From positions 13,563-77,562 of the forward strand of contig DYLW01000001.1 of the NCBI GenBank assembly GCA_020721865.1: a DNA stretch of 64,000 nt, read 5' to 3'. Below, in pieces: positions 18,935 through 28,049 of this stretch. Origin of the DNA: Leptospira biflexa (GTDB taxonomy: Bacteria > Spirochaetota > Leptospiria > Turneriellales > DYLW01). The notes beneath the pieces were generated by a model. That model was not told the DNA's origin and ran no database searches. It saw only the letters and a list, made by a program, of their open reading frames with translations. Made by a program: the position numbers and the translations under genes. Position 1 is the first letter of the stretch; every line of letters starts with the position of its first letter.

Positions 18935-20245
18935 ATGAAATATTTTTTATCCGGTTTACGTGCTCTCCTATTCTCTTTAGTGATCCCCTATGGTTCTTCA
19001 GATTCCGCAGAGATTTCCTGGATAACCGGCCTTTCTCTGATTCAGGAGAATTCTCTGTATTTCTCCGGGATTGAGACAGGAGTTATCGTATCGGATGCAA
19101 AAGAACAGAATGAGATCACTCTGGTATTCCCGCTGGTTTTTTATGACAGGGACAATCATTACCTTCTGGGAACCTATGGGTATTCCTTTGCGGAAATATC
19201 CCAACCGGAAAAAGAAGAGGGAACCTCTGCAATGATATCCCAGATGGATCATCCTCTCAACTTGGTTTATTTCCTGGAATCCTTCCGCATATCCGCAAAC
19301 CCGGTGAGTTTGGATTACAGAAATCAATATATTAAAAATGATCCCTTATCTCAAATAACCTGGAACCATTCTTTGTATAGAAATGAGCTACCATATTTTT
19401 CCAGACAGATGGTGTTACAATCTCCGGGATTTTCCCTGATGAGCAATTCCCTTCCGGAATCTAACCGATTTGTGGCAAACGGTGAGGCAGATTTTTTTTC
19501 CGGTGCCAAAGCCGGGATTTTGTCCGGAACATCGGTGGACGTCTATGGCTGGTATTTTCATGAAATTGAAAAATACGGCGGTGCCTTTGAGGCCAGTACG
19601 GAAGGGTGGGATTTTTCCGGATTTTCCACTGGTGTTTTTGCCGGAGTTTCTGTCCAATCGGACACGGAGAAAAGCATCCTGCAAAACAGAAATTCCGCCG
19701 GCGTTCGCTTCCGGTTCTGGAATACAGAGAGCAGAATGGGATATCTGAATGAAACCAGAAATTCCCCCGGAAATGTACCGCTGGCATACCCCTCTTTTCT
19801 GGCAGAATTGGGAGAACAAAATCCGGATATAGAAAAAAACAACGGATACGTCCATGGAATGACTCTCCAGTTTTTCTGGATCAATGACCTACCCTTTATT
19901 ACCGACCTTTTGGATTTACTGGTTAACCAGATCCAGTTTTCCCCGGTTCGGAAAAAGGAGCTGGAGATTGTTCTGGATACGTATTTTGATGAACAAATAA
20001 CGTCCACTCCCCGGGTGCAACTTTCCCATTATGGAAATTCTTTTTCCTGGCATCTGGGTTATACGGAAAATAAACTCTCCTCATACCGCCGGATGCTCCG
20101 GGATGAAAATAATTCTTTTATATTTTTCCGCTTTGACAAGCCCATCGTCCGGGACTTTTTATACTTCCATTGGGAGACCTACAACGTTGTTTTCCAAAAT
20201 ACCGGAAATTTCCATTCTTATCTGTACCTGCGTGCCGTGCTCTAA
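18935..20245 (+). CDS. Exported hypothetical protein, possible outer-membrane beta-barrel
   Basis: Signal peptide from ATG 18935, aromatic beta-strand pattern, C-terminus SYLYLRAVL. Confidence 0.6.
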   Translation: MKYFLSGLRALLFSLVIPYGSSDSAEISWITGLSLIQENSLYFSGIETGVIVSDAKEQNEITLVFPLVFYDRDNHYLLGTYGYSFAEISQPEKEEGTSAMISQMDHPLNLVYFLESFRISANPVSLDYRNQYIKNDPLSQITWNHSLYRNELPYFSRQMVLQSPGFSLMSNSLPESNRFVANGEADFFSGAKAGILSGTSVDVYGWYFHEIEKYGGAFEASTEGWDFSGFSTGVFAGVSVQSDTEKSILQNRNSAGVRFRFWNTESRMGYLNETRNSPGNVPLAYPSFLAELGEQNPDIEKNNGYVHGMTLQFFWINDLPFITDLLDLLVNQIQFSPVRKKELEIVLDTYFDEQITSTPRVQLSHYGNSFSWHLGYTENKLSSYRRMLRDENNSFIFFRFDKPIVRDFLYFHWETYNVVFQNTGNFHSYLYLRAVL

Positions 20246-20352
20246 AAACACAAATCAACATTTCTCAATGAACGGTTTAACTCCCGGCGATAGTGTTGCC
20301 GACCACGGGAATCCTTACCTAACCGGCGATATTTTGATGGGAGAATCTATAC

Positions 20353-20940
20353 TTACAAATCGTCGTTTACTTCCACGACCGGAGGTTCCACGTCCAAGAA
20401 TAGAGAAGACAACTCCTGTGCCTTCCAGATTCCTTTGTTATTGCGAACCATCTTTATCGGACGGGGACTGAATCCATACACCTTGATGAATACTTTCAGG
20501 TTGCCGGATGCCTCATCACCGCTGTATTTGGTGCGGCTGATAACAAAACGTATGGGCTCCGAATATGCGTATCCATTCTGTGGTGACGTCCCCTGGATAT
20601 ATGCTTTGGGCCAGTATTTTCTCTGGCGAAAACGATCAAGGTGGTAATTAAAATAACTTGGCAGGGGCTGCAATTCTTTGTATACATCTCCTTGGGTGAG
20701 GTTTTCTCTGTCCAGAGCCACCGTCATACACTTGAGTCCTTCATTTTCATCCTCCGCAAAAACGAGCATGGCAAGCACCATCATAGCTGCTCCACCCTCT
20801 GGCGTGCTTGCCAGTTTATTCCGAATATCCTCAAACTCTTTGACGTTTTTGGGTACTTTTTGTATTTCGATTGTTTTTGCCTGAGCAAATAACCCTTTGG
20901 CCACAACAACAACTAAGAGAATAGAAAATAATTTTTTCAT
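20353..20940 (-). CDS. Exported hypothetical protein (DUF6935-like)
   Basis: AAGGAG RBS and signal peptide. TPEGGAAMMVLA, AYIQGTSPQNGY, SPRPIKM..N..G.WK resemble DUF6935 as I recall it. Confidence 0.7.
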   Translation of the reverse strand: MKKLFSILLVVVVAKGLFAQAKTIEIQKVPKNVKEFEDIRNKLASTPEGGAAMMVLAMLVFAEDENEGLKCMTVALDRENLTQGDVYKELQPLPSYFNYHLDRFRQRKYWPKAYIQGTSPQNGYAYSEPIRFVISRTKYSGDEASGNLKVFIKVYGFSPRPIKMVRNNKGIWKAQELSSLFLDVEPPVVEVNDDL

Positions 20941-21020
20941 GACTACTCCTTGCGGTATCCCGCAGGGATAGGGTATTCAAGCCGTACAGATATGCAAGTA
21001 CATTTCCGTTTTTATATTTT

Positions 21021-22316
21021 TCAATGCACAGAGCAGGATATGCAAGGGTCATAGGCCCGCACCAGCATTTCGCACTGGCGGATCATCCGGTCTTCCGTGA
21101 AATCCTGGGCAACCATTTCCGCGACATAGGAGCGTAGATCATAATGGATATTCGCATTATTCTGGGTTGTGGGGATAACGCAGTTTGCCCGGCGAATAGT
21201 TCCTCTGGAATCAATTTCATAATCATGATAAAGGATTCCACGCGGAACCTCCACCGCTCCAATACCCACACCTTCCCGGGGAACAACCGGCTGGAGATAA
21301 TCTTCCTGGCGGATTTTATTGTAATGTGCCAGATCATGGAAAAAATCCAAAAGTTCCTGGTAAACATGGACCACCTCCACCACCTGGGCAATATTATTCA
21401 TAAATGGATTATGATTCACGGGAGACAAACCCAACCTTTGTGCAGTTTCTTTGGCGACTTTATTCAGGTGGGAATAATTATTATTCACTCTGGCCAGTGA
21501 GCCGGCGGCGAAGGATTCCCGGCTGAGCTTTGCGAATTTACTGGTGGAAAAATCCACCACATATTCATTGGTCAACTCCAGATAATCTTTTTCATTTTTG
21601 AGAACTCCGTCTGTGGAAACAACATTGCCTCCAATCCAGGGAAACGGGTCCAATCTGTCCTCCCCTCCCTTGAGAGAGACAAATTCCGTTTCTCTGATAA
21701 AACCCGGCATTTTAAGGGAGGCAAAGATATCCACCATTTTTTGGAGCTGTTCCTTCCCCTCTTCCAGCCGGGTAATCATAGCTTCAACTTCCATTCGCCG
21801 GGGAACCCGGGAAACCCCTCCCGGCTGCAGGGTGACAGGATGCGTAGTCCTCCCCGCTACCAGATCGCAGATATCATTGGCCAGCTTCTTAAAGAATAGT
21901 GCCAGACGCACCGTTTCCGGATTTTTGGCCAGGATGGGAATTACACTTTCTTCATTAAAAAAATCCGGAGCTACCAGAAAAAAAAGATGCAGGATGTGGC
22001 TTGTGATGGTCTCTCCGTGTTTGGCCGCCAGCCGGAGTTTCTGGGCAAGAGGAGGTGGTTCAAACCCAAAGGCTTTTTCCACCGCACGCACCGAAGCCAG
22101 TGCATGACCAATGGAACAGATTCCGCAGATTCGGGATGTCAACAGAGGAGCGGTTTCATAACTTTTTCCCACCAGCATAGCCTCAAAAAATCGGGGGGTT
22201 TCCACCACCATCCATCGGGCATCTTCCAGTTTCCCATCCCGCACGCGAATCATAATATCCCCATGGCCTTCCACCCGGGTGAGATGCTTGATATCTGCAT
22301 TTACTGTTATCTTCAT
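21021..22316 (-). CDS. [NiFe]-hydrogenase large (alpha) subunit, group 3b
   Basis: TRVEGHG, PRFFE, L1 SRICGICSIGH, EVPRGILYH, PT.QN, L2 RAYDPCISCSVH. Operon context. Confidence 0.96.
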   Translation of the reverse strand: MKITVNADIKHLTRVEGHGDIMIRVRDGKLEDARWMVVETPRFFEAMLVGKSYETAPLLTSRICGICSIGHALASVRAVEKAFGFEPPPLAQKLRLAAKHGETITSHILHLFFLVAPDFFNEESVIPILAKNPETVRLALFFKKLANDICDLVAGRTTHPVTLQPGGVSRVPRRMEVEAMITRLEEGKEQLQKMVDIFASLKMPGFIRETEFVSLKGGEDRLDPFPWIGGNVVSTDGVLKNEKDYLELTNEYVVDFSTSKFAKLSRESFAAGSLARVNNNYSHLNKVAKETAQRLGLSPVNHNPFMNNIAQVVEVVHVYQELLDFFHDLAHYNKIRQEDYLQPVVPREGVGIGAVEVPRGILYHDYEIDSRGTIRRANCVIPTTQNNANIHYDLRSYVAEMVAQDFTEDRMIRQCEMLVRAYDPCISCSVH

Positions 22317-22325
22317 ATATATCTC

Positions 22326-23087
22326 CTATTCCGTCGCATTCAGGGAATGAAGAGAATGGAATAAATTCAATTTTTCCATAATATCCTCATCCGTAAATCC
22401 CATCCGATAAAAAACATTTTTCAACTCCGGCCAGTTTGTCTCATCCGCCGGCCCCCGGCAGCCATAGCAGGGCAGTTTTCCACCCGGGCATGGAGCATCA
22501 CAACCCGCACGGGTTACCGGTCCAAAGCACATCTTCCCCTCATCCAGAAGACAGTGATTCATGTTCCGTTTACATTCAATGCACACGGGATATTTTTCAA
22601 AATGAAACTCCGCCGATGTGACAAGATGTACCACAATCTTTTCCACTTCCTTTTTGGAAACCGGACAGCCGGGTATGGATAGATCCACCGGAATCACTTC
22701 GTGGATGGCCTTTACGGGCAGAGACTCTTTGGGCTGGTTTCCGTAAACGATGTAATTGTTCTCTGCTACGCTCCGCAAATTGGCCGATTTATTCACACCC
22801 CCAAATACCGCACAGGTACCCAGAGCCACCACGACGGAAGCTTGTGCCCGGATTTTCTCCAAGCGGTCAATCTGGTCCTGGCGGGAAGCCGAACCTTCAA
22901 TAAACGCAATATCATAGTCCTGTCTGTGGCTGGAGGATATTTCCCGAAAATTGACAATCTCTACCAGGTTTAAAAAATCGGCCAGGGTTTCTTCTTTATT
23001 TGCCATTTGGAGCTGGCAACCCTCACAGCAGGTAAAATCAAAAAAGGCCACTTTGGGCTTTGCGGTTTCTATTCCAAGATACTGCAT
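22326..23087 (-). CDS. [NiFe]-hydrogenase small (delta) subunit, group 3b
   Basis: FTCCEGCQLQ, EGS, GTCA..GG, IPGCP, VCIEC, CFGPVTRAGC.A.CP, CYGCRGP. Confidence 0.94.
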   Translation of the reverse strand: MQYLGIETAKPKVAFFDFTCCEGCQLQMANKEETLADFLNLVEIVNFREISSSHRQDYDIAFIEGSASRQDQIDRLEKIRAQASVVVALGTCAVFGGVNKSANLRSVAENNYIVYGNQPKESLPVKAIHEVIPVDLSIPGCPVSKKEVEKIVVHLVTSAEFHFEKYPVCIECKRNMNHCLLDEGKMCFGPVTRAGCDAPCPGGKLPCYGCRGPADETNWPELKNVFYRMGFTDEDIMEKLNLFHSLHSLNATE

Positions 23088-23099
23088 AATTTCTCCTTG

Positions 23100-24002
23100 T
23101 TAAATGGCTTCCTTCAGATTCATGACCGTCCAATAATCCATCACTGGACCGTCCACACAGGTAAAGGTGGAACCCACCATGCACCGGCAGCATTTTCCCA
23201 TGCCACAGTGCATTCTCCGCTCCAAATCCACATACATTCTATTCATGGGGATTCCCTTTTCGCTTAAATCCGCACAAACATATTTAAACATCACAGGCGG
23301 GCCGCAGACCACAGCATAAGTATTCTGGACATCCATCTCCTTATCCTTGAGCAAATCTGTGATCATTCCGGTCTTGCCTGACCAGCCTGGAGACTTTTCT
23401 TCCGATATTATTTCAATTTCACAATCGTATATTTTTTCCCATTCTTTAAACTGGTATTCAAATAAAATCTGACTGGGGGTTTTCACTCCGTACAGGATGT
23501 AAATTTTTCCATATTGAGAGCGGTGTTCATTAATCCAGAAAATGGGGCCACGCAGAGGGACAATGCCCAATCCTCCGGCAATCAGCAAAATGTCCTTCCC
23601 GGTCATTTTCTCCATGGGGAAATGGGTGCCAAAGGGGCCCCGGATTCCCACCGTAGAGCCGATCTTCGCATTATGGAGAACCCCGGTCACCTTGCCGGCT
23701 TTCCGGATACATAGCTCAATCTGCCCCACAAAAGCTGTGGAAGCAGAGAGGGATATGGGAACTTCTCCAAATCCGGGAACTTCCACCATCACAAACTGGC
23801 CAGGAAGAAAATGGAATACCTTGGCCTCTTCCTCATGGATAAACTGGAGCCGGAACAGTTTTTCATGTTCGGTAAGAGCCACAATATTGGTTATTTGGAC
23901 TTCATAGACCTTATCCGTTTTCATCAGCGATGCTTTTCTGTTGAAATCCGGCATCATATTCAAGGACGGAGTTAGATTAATATCTTCCACCGGTATTTTC
24001 AT
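23100..24002 (-). CDS. Group 3b hydrogenase gamma subunit (FAD/NAD(P)-binding, 2Fe-2S; AsrB-like)
   Basis: [55 protein letters not shown] 24002 overlaps the beta-subunit stop. Confidence 0.93.
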   Translation of the reverse strand: MKIPVEDINLTPSLNMMPDFNRKASLMKTDKVYEVQITNIVALTEHEKLFRLQFIHEEEAKVFHFLPGQFVMVEVPGFGEVPISLSASTAFVGQIELCIRKAGKVTGVLHNAKIGSTVGIRGPFGTHFPMEKMTGKDILLIAGGLGIVPLRGPIFWINEHRSQYGKIYILYGVKTPSQILFEYQFKEWEKIYDCEIEIISEEKSPGWSGKTGMITDLLKDKEMDVQNTYAVVCGPPVMFKYVCADLSEKGIPMNRMYVDLERRMHCGMGKCCRCMVGSTFTCVDGPVMDYWTVMNLKEAI

Positions 24003-25054
24003 TTTTCCCTCCGCATTATATGTTCTTTGTTCAGATCCGCAATAATTTCCGCCGGATTGATCCCCACCGGACATGCGTCCCCGCAGCGGTTGCAGCCCAC
24101 ACATTTGGGCTCATCATAGCTTTCCACAAAACCCCGGTGCTGGTGGTAAAAGCGGTATTTTAACCTTTTTTCCGGATCCGGCCGAAAATTATGGCCACCG
24201 GCCACCTCCGCGAAATCGACCAGATTACAGGAATAGAGAGCTCTTTTTTTACTGGCGGTACGGAGCGATGGATCAATTTCTTCGGTCACGGTGTAACAAT
24301 AACAGGTGGGACAAACCATAGCACAACTCCCGCAGCTCAGGCATAAAGAACCCCATTTTTTCCAGACATCGGATTCAAATTCCAGATCCATCAGATTGGA
24401 AAGATCACTGATATCCACTTTTGTTGTAAAAGATTCCCGGATTCTGGACTTAATCCTTTTATAATCTTCCTGATCTTCCTCTGTTACTTCCTGTATTTCA
24501 AAACCGGAAAGAATCTCCATCGCTTTGGATGAATTGATTTTCATAAAATATTTTTCCCCCATATCCGTGAGAAAAATATCAAAGCCATGGCTCACATTAT
24601 CCGATCCCACTGACCGGCAGAAGCAATCCTCTAAGGCCTCATGATCCAGACCAATGATAAATGTATTTTTCCTTCTGGCAATATAATACGGATTGGGGAA
24701 ATGCCCATGCATCAATACTTTGTCCAGCTTGAGCAGAGCATCCACATCGCAGGAGCGGGCACCAAAAATTACCCTGGGATGAATGGTATATTCAATCTGC
24801 TGGCTCCATTGGCTTTTGCTGAAGTCAAACCGGGACAGAGTTTCTTCATAGGGGATGAAAAAATTCTTTATGGATGAATAACTTTTTGTATAATTAAAGT
24901 CTATTTCATCATAATCCCAAACCTGGTCAAACTGGTAAACCGGTTTCTTATTTTTATCATAATCTTTAATGACCGGAGCAATCAGAGTATTATCCTTCAT
25001 GACTTCTGTCAAAAACTTTTTGAAATCGTGCTTATACATGGTCTTGTATATCAT
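23999..25054 (-). CDS. Group 3b hydrogenase beta subunit (4Fe-4S dicluster; AsrA-like)
   Basis: [43 protein letters not shown]. Confidence 0.93.
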   Translation of the reverse strand: MIYKTMYKHDFKKFLTEVMKDNTLIAPVIKDYDKNKKPVYQFDQVWDYDEIDFNYTKSYSSIKNFFIPYEETLSRFDFSKSQWSQQIEYTIHPRVIFGARSCDVDALLKLDKVLMHGHFPNPYYIARRKNTFIIGLDHEALEDCFCRSVGSDNVSHGFDIFLTDMGEKYFMKINSSKAMEILSGFEIQEVTEEDQEDYKRIKSRIRESFTTKVDISDLSNLMDLEFESDVWKKWGSLCLSCGSCAMVCPTCYCYTVTEEIDPSLRTASKKRALYSCNLVDFAEVAGGHNFRPDPEKRLKYRFYHQHRGFVESYDEPKCVGCNRCGDACPVGINPAEIIADLNKEHIMRREK

Positions 25055-25178
25055 AGTGATTCCTTATAAAAATAATAAAATTATAAATATTCTAATATTT
25101 TACCATTTATAATTTCTAATGCTTTTGTCAAGATTTTTCACAAACCCAGGAAAAATATTGACGCCCTGACGAAAAATT

Positions 25179-25189
25179 GTGCATTGCAC
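25179..25189. promoter_or_regulatory. Candidate operator palindrome GTGC-ATT-GCAC upstream of the PhaR-like gene
   Basis: Inverted repeat 4 nt before the GTG start and 15 nt after a TTGACG (-35-like, 25158-25163). Resembles the TGC-N3-GCA PhaR site pattern. Confidence 0.4.
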
Positions 25190-25193
25190 CATA

Positions 25194-25766
25194 GTGAAGG
25201 TCATTAAGCGATACTCCAACCGCCGTATGTACGATGCAGAGACTTCCCGTACCATTAATCTGGATCAGGTGGCCTCCATCATTCGTTCCGGGGAAGATAT
25301 CACCGTGATTGACCAGAATGGTCAGGATATAACCAGCCATGTGCTCAGCCAGACATTTCTGAAACTCCAGGACAGCACCAAAGAACCGCTTTTCAACTTC
25401 ATCCTCAAGGCTTTGATCCGGGAAAGCAACCAGGATTTTATCTCGCTGGTCAAGAAGCTTATCTTCGCGGGCATCGGGATTACCTATCTCACCGGAGAAG
25501 AAAGAAGCAATATCATCAACCTGATCCTGAACAATGAAAGAAATCTGAATAAATCCGGAGCAGCTCTGGAAAAACTCAGCGTGACTGGCCAGTCAGAAGT
25601 GGAAAAGATTTGGGATGTTTTTGTAAAAAAACTGGATGATTTTTCCGGCCAAGTCAATACCACCATCCAGAGTACCATAGACACCATAGAAAAGCAGGAA
25701 CATTTTTCCCGAATTGAAAAAAAAATTAAGGAACTTGCTTCCACAGTGGAAAAGATCAATAAATAA
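25194..25766 (+). CDS. PhaR-like PHA-synthesis regulator (PHB_acc_N DNA-binding domain) with phasin-like C-terminus
   Basis: VIKRYSNRRMYD.ETSR.I.L..V..IIR.GE...VID..GQDIT. C-terminal LVKKLIFAGIG..LT followed by amphipathic helices. Confidence 0.85.
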   Translation: MKVIKRYSNRRMYDAETSRTINLDQVASIIRSGEDITVIDQNGQDITSHVLSQTFLKLQDSTKEPLFNFILKALIRESNQDFISLVKKLIFAGIGITYLTGEERSNIINLILNNERNLNKSGAALEKLSVTGQSEVEKIWDVFVKKLDDFSGQVNTTIQSTIDTIEKQEHFSRIEKKIKELASTVEKINK

Positions 25767-25793
25767 GATATTTCTTCCGAAGATTAATTTACA

Positions 25794-26561
25794 ATGAAAA
25801 ACCCTTTTTATCGGGGAGAAAAAAAGAATTATAAAAATGCCGGGGCGTTTTCGCAAAAGGTGGAACAATTAAAATCCTTTGCCACCATCCTTTCTCCGGT
25901 GGTAGCCTTTCTGGGAGTTATTCTCTTGTTTTTTTCCATACAGGATCCGGATAATATAAAAGAAATAGATAATCTTCTGGACCAGAAAAAATACCAGGAG
26001 GCATTCCTTCTTTCCCAATCCTCCCTGTCCACAAATCCCGGAAACATGGAAATCTTTTTTCGGACGGCTTATGCCGAATATTTTATGGAAGATTCCAAGG
26101 AAAATCCCCATCCCGTTTATTTCCAGCGTTTCCTCCGGAAAGATCTCATGAGTCTGCAATCCGGAATTCTGCTCCAGAAACTTCTGGCCGATGGGCGGGG
26201 AACCCGGGGATATTTTAATCTGTTCTGTGAATCCATGCGACGGGGAATTTTTGAGGATGCCCGGATGAAAAGTGTATTTTTGAGTGAATTTACGGATGGC
26301 AGGGATTTTTACATCCAGGACAGGTTCTGCCTGGAAATGGCCTTCCGTAAGCAGATCCCATTTCTGGCTCCCCATATATTCCATACCATACAATCCTGTC
26401 CAATTCTGGATACCCACGCAAAACCAATGGGAAATTTAGCAAGGGGCACCCTGGTATTGTTCCGCAATAATCCGGATGACCTCACCGCAAGAATACTGCT
26501 CCGCAGCGGAGAAACAGTATTTGTTGCAACCTCCTGCATAGCCCCCCACCATCAGCCTTAA
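25794..26561 (+). CDS. Hypothetical membrane-anchored protein (TPR-like segment, possible C-terminal SH3b-like domain)
   Basis: One TM helix, then KKYQEAF..S...L..NPGN (TPR-like). Terminal beta-rich GNLARGT.V....ARI...SG..VFV. Confidence 0.55.
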   Translation: MKNPFYRGEKKNYKNAGAFSQKVEQLKSFATILSPVVAFLGVILLFFSIQDPDNIKEIDNLLDQKKYQEAFLLSQSSLSTNPGNMEIFFRTAYAEYFMEDSKENPHPVYFQRFLRKDLMSLQSGILLQKLLADGRGTRGYFNLFCESMRRGIFEDARMKSVFLSEFTDGRDFYIQDRFCLEMAFRKQIPFLAPHIFHTIQSCPILDTHAKPMGNLARGTLVLFRNNPDDLTARILLRSGETVFVATSCIAPHHQP

Positions 26562-27271
26562 GGAAGTGCCGTCGATTTTTTGGATCCCTCCCCTTCCGTC
26601 TTTCCCATAACACTCCAGGGGTTTTTTTCAATCTGTTTGGATAACCTCTCCAGAGATTCCGTGGTTTTTCTCACATTGGTCAGAATGACCGGGATTTCCA
26701 CAGAAGAGGAATCCAGAATATGGTTCACCTTGACAATGGAGGAATTGAGATTCAGCAACAGCATTTTAACAGAATTTTTATTCACATCCGCCATATTGGA
26801 GAAAGAGGCTATCAATTCGCTCACATTGGCCACGGCGGAGGATATATGGTTAATCATCTCATCCAGATTGACAATATTTCCCGCATAAAGAGTATCCCCG
26901 TTCTGCAGAAGGTATTTTCTTTCCGTGGATGGAATAATCTCCATAATAGTATCCCCAATCACATTCTGGTTGGAAATATTCAGACGGGTTCCCCTGTATA
27001 GCTGCAGTCCGGGGTCCACTGAAATGATGGCCTTGAAATAAATATCATCCCCGTATATGGGAATAACATCCATTACTTCCCCCACGGTATAATTTTTCAA
27101 CTTAACTGCGGTCCCCTTTTTCACCCCGCCCAATTTTTCCATACGTACCAGATAGGATACCCGGTTATCCAATAAATGGTATCCGAATAAAAACGTTATA
27201 GTACCAATGGCAAGGATCAGACCCACCACAACAAATAACCCGGTAAAAATATCATCTTTATTTACTTTCAT
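26558..27271 (-). CDS. MlaD/MCE-family protein
   Basis: TGLFVV TM helix, GGVKKGTAVKL....VGEV, C-terminal helical region ending L..L...IEKNPWS. Confidence 0.88.
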   Translation of the reverse strand: MKVNKDDIFTGLFVVVGLILAIGTITFLFGYHLLDNRVSYLVRMEKLGGVKKGTAVKLKNYTVGEVMDVIPIYGDDIYFKAIISVDPGLQLYRGTRLNISNQNVIGDTIMEIIPSTERKYLLQNGDTLYAGNIVNLDEMINHISSAVANVSELIASFSNMADVNKNSVKMLLLNLNSSIVKVNHILDSSSVEIPVILTNVRKTTESLERLSKQIEKNPWSVMGKTEGEGSKKSTALP

Positions 27272-28049
27272 CTTCTTCCTGCCTGAAATTCATGGGTCCG
27301 CTTAAAGGATGCCGGAGATACTGGTCCACATAGGCATTGGACGTGTACAGTGAATTTCCATCAAATACTATTTTTCCGTCATACAGCATCAAAAACCTAT
27401 TTCCATATCCCGATACAACGGTCGGCATATAGGTGGATATTATAAATGATATATTATCTTTTACAATATCTTTTTCTGCAATTTCCAGAAAATGGGCAAG
27501 GGATAACGGGCAGTGCCCATCGAACGCATTATCCGCCAGAATCAATGCGGGTTTCATAATGAGAGCCCGTGCAAAAACCACCCTGAGGATTTCGCTGGCA
27601 ATCAGTTTCTGCGGACGATCATTTTCTCTTTTCTTCAAGCCATACTGGCGGATCAGACTGTCCGCTTTTTCCTGCATTTCCTCTTCCAACATCCGGGTGT
27701 GATAGCGTAAGGGCAGAAGGATATTCTCTCTCACAGAGAGATTATTGATCAGCCCGGAACGTCCGGTCACATAACCAATATTTTTTCTGAATTCTTCCAG
27801 TTCTTCCTTTCCAGCTTCGGAAACAGACCGATTGGCCAGTATGACATTGCCGGTGTCCGGTTTTATTTTTCCGGTAATTAATGGGAGGATAAAATCCTTT
27901 CCGCTTTTTTCCGGTCCAAAGATTACCAGGTTTTTTCCGCTTTCCAGATCAAAGGAGATATCCTCCACCTTTTCCATTTTTGTTTCATCGTTGTAGGAAA
28001 CTCCGGTCAGACTCAGAATAATCCCATCATTTATATTTTTATCCATCAT
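27258..28049 (-). CDS. MlaF-like ABC ATP-binding protein with degenerate catalytic motifs
   Basis: ABC fold (ISFDL..G, LINNLSVRENILLPL, ARAL...P). Walker A GPEKSGKD, signature LIASE, Walker B LILADN. ATG 28049 overlaps the trkH stop. Confidence 0.85.
   Translation of the reverse strand: MMDKNINDGIILSLTGVSYNDETKMEKVEDISFDLESGKNLVIFGPEKSGKDFILPLITGKIKPDTGNVILANRSVSEAGKEELEEFRKNIGYVTGRSGLINNLSVRENILLPLRYHTRMLEEEMQEKADSLIRQYGLKKRENDRPQKLIASEILRVVFARALIMKPALILADNAFDGHCPLSLAHFLEIAEKDIVKDNISFIISTYMPTVVSGYGNRFLMLYDGKIVFDGNSLYTSNAYVDQYLRHPLSGPMNFRQEEDESK

Noticed and set aside
21021..21023. TGA after the hydrogenase L2 motif as selenocysteine
   Set aside because: All four metal-binding positions are already Cys, the TGA follows His, and TAA comes two codons later.
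23100..25054. Anaerobic sulfite reductase asrAB
   Set aside because: The genes are followed by [NiFe] small and large subunits, not asrC, so they are hydrogenase beta/gamma subunits.
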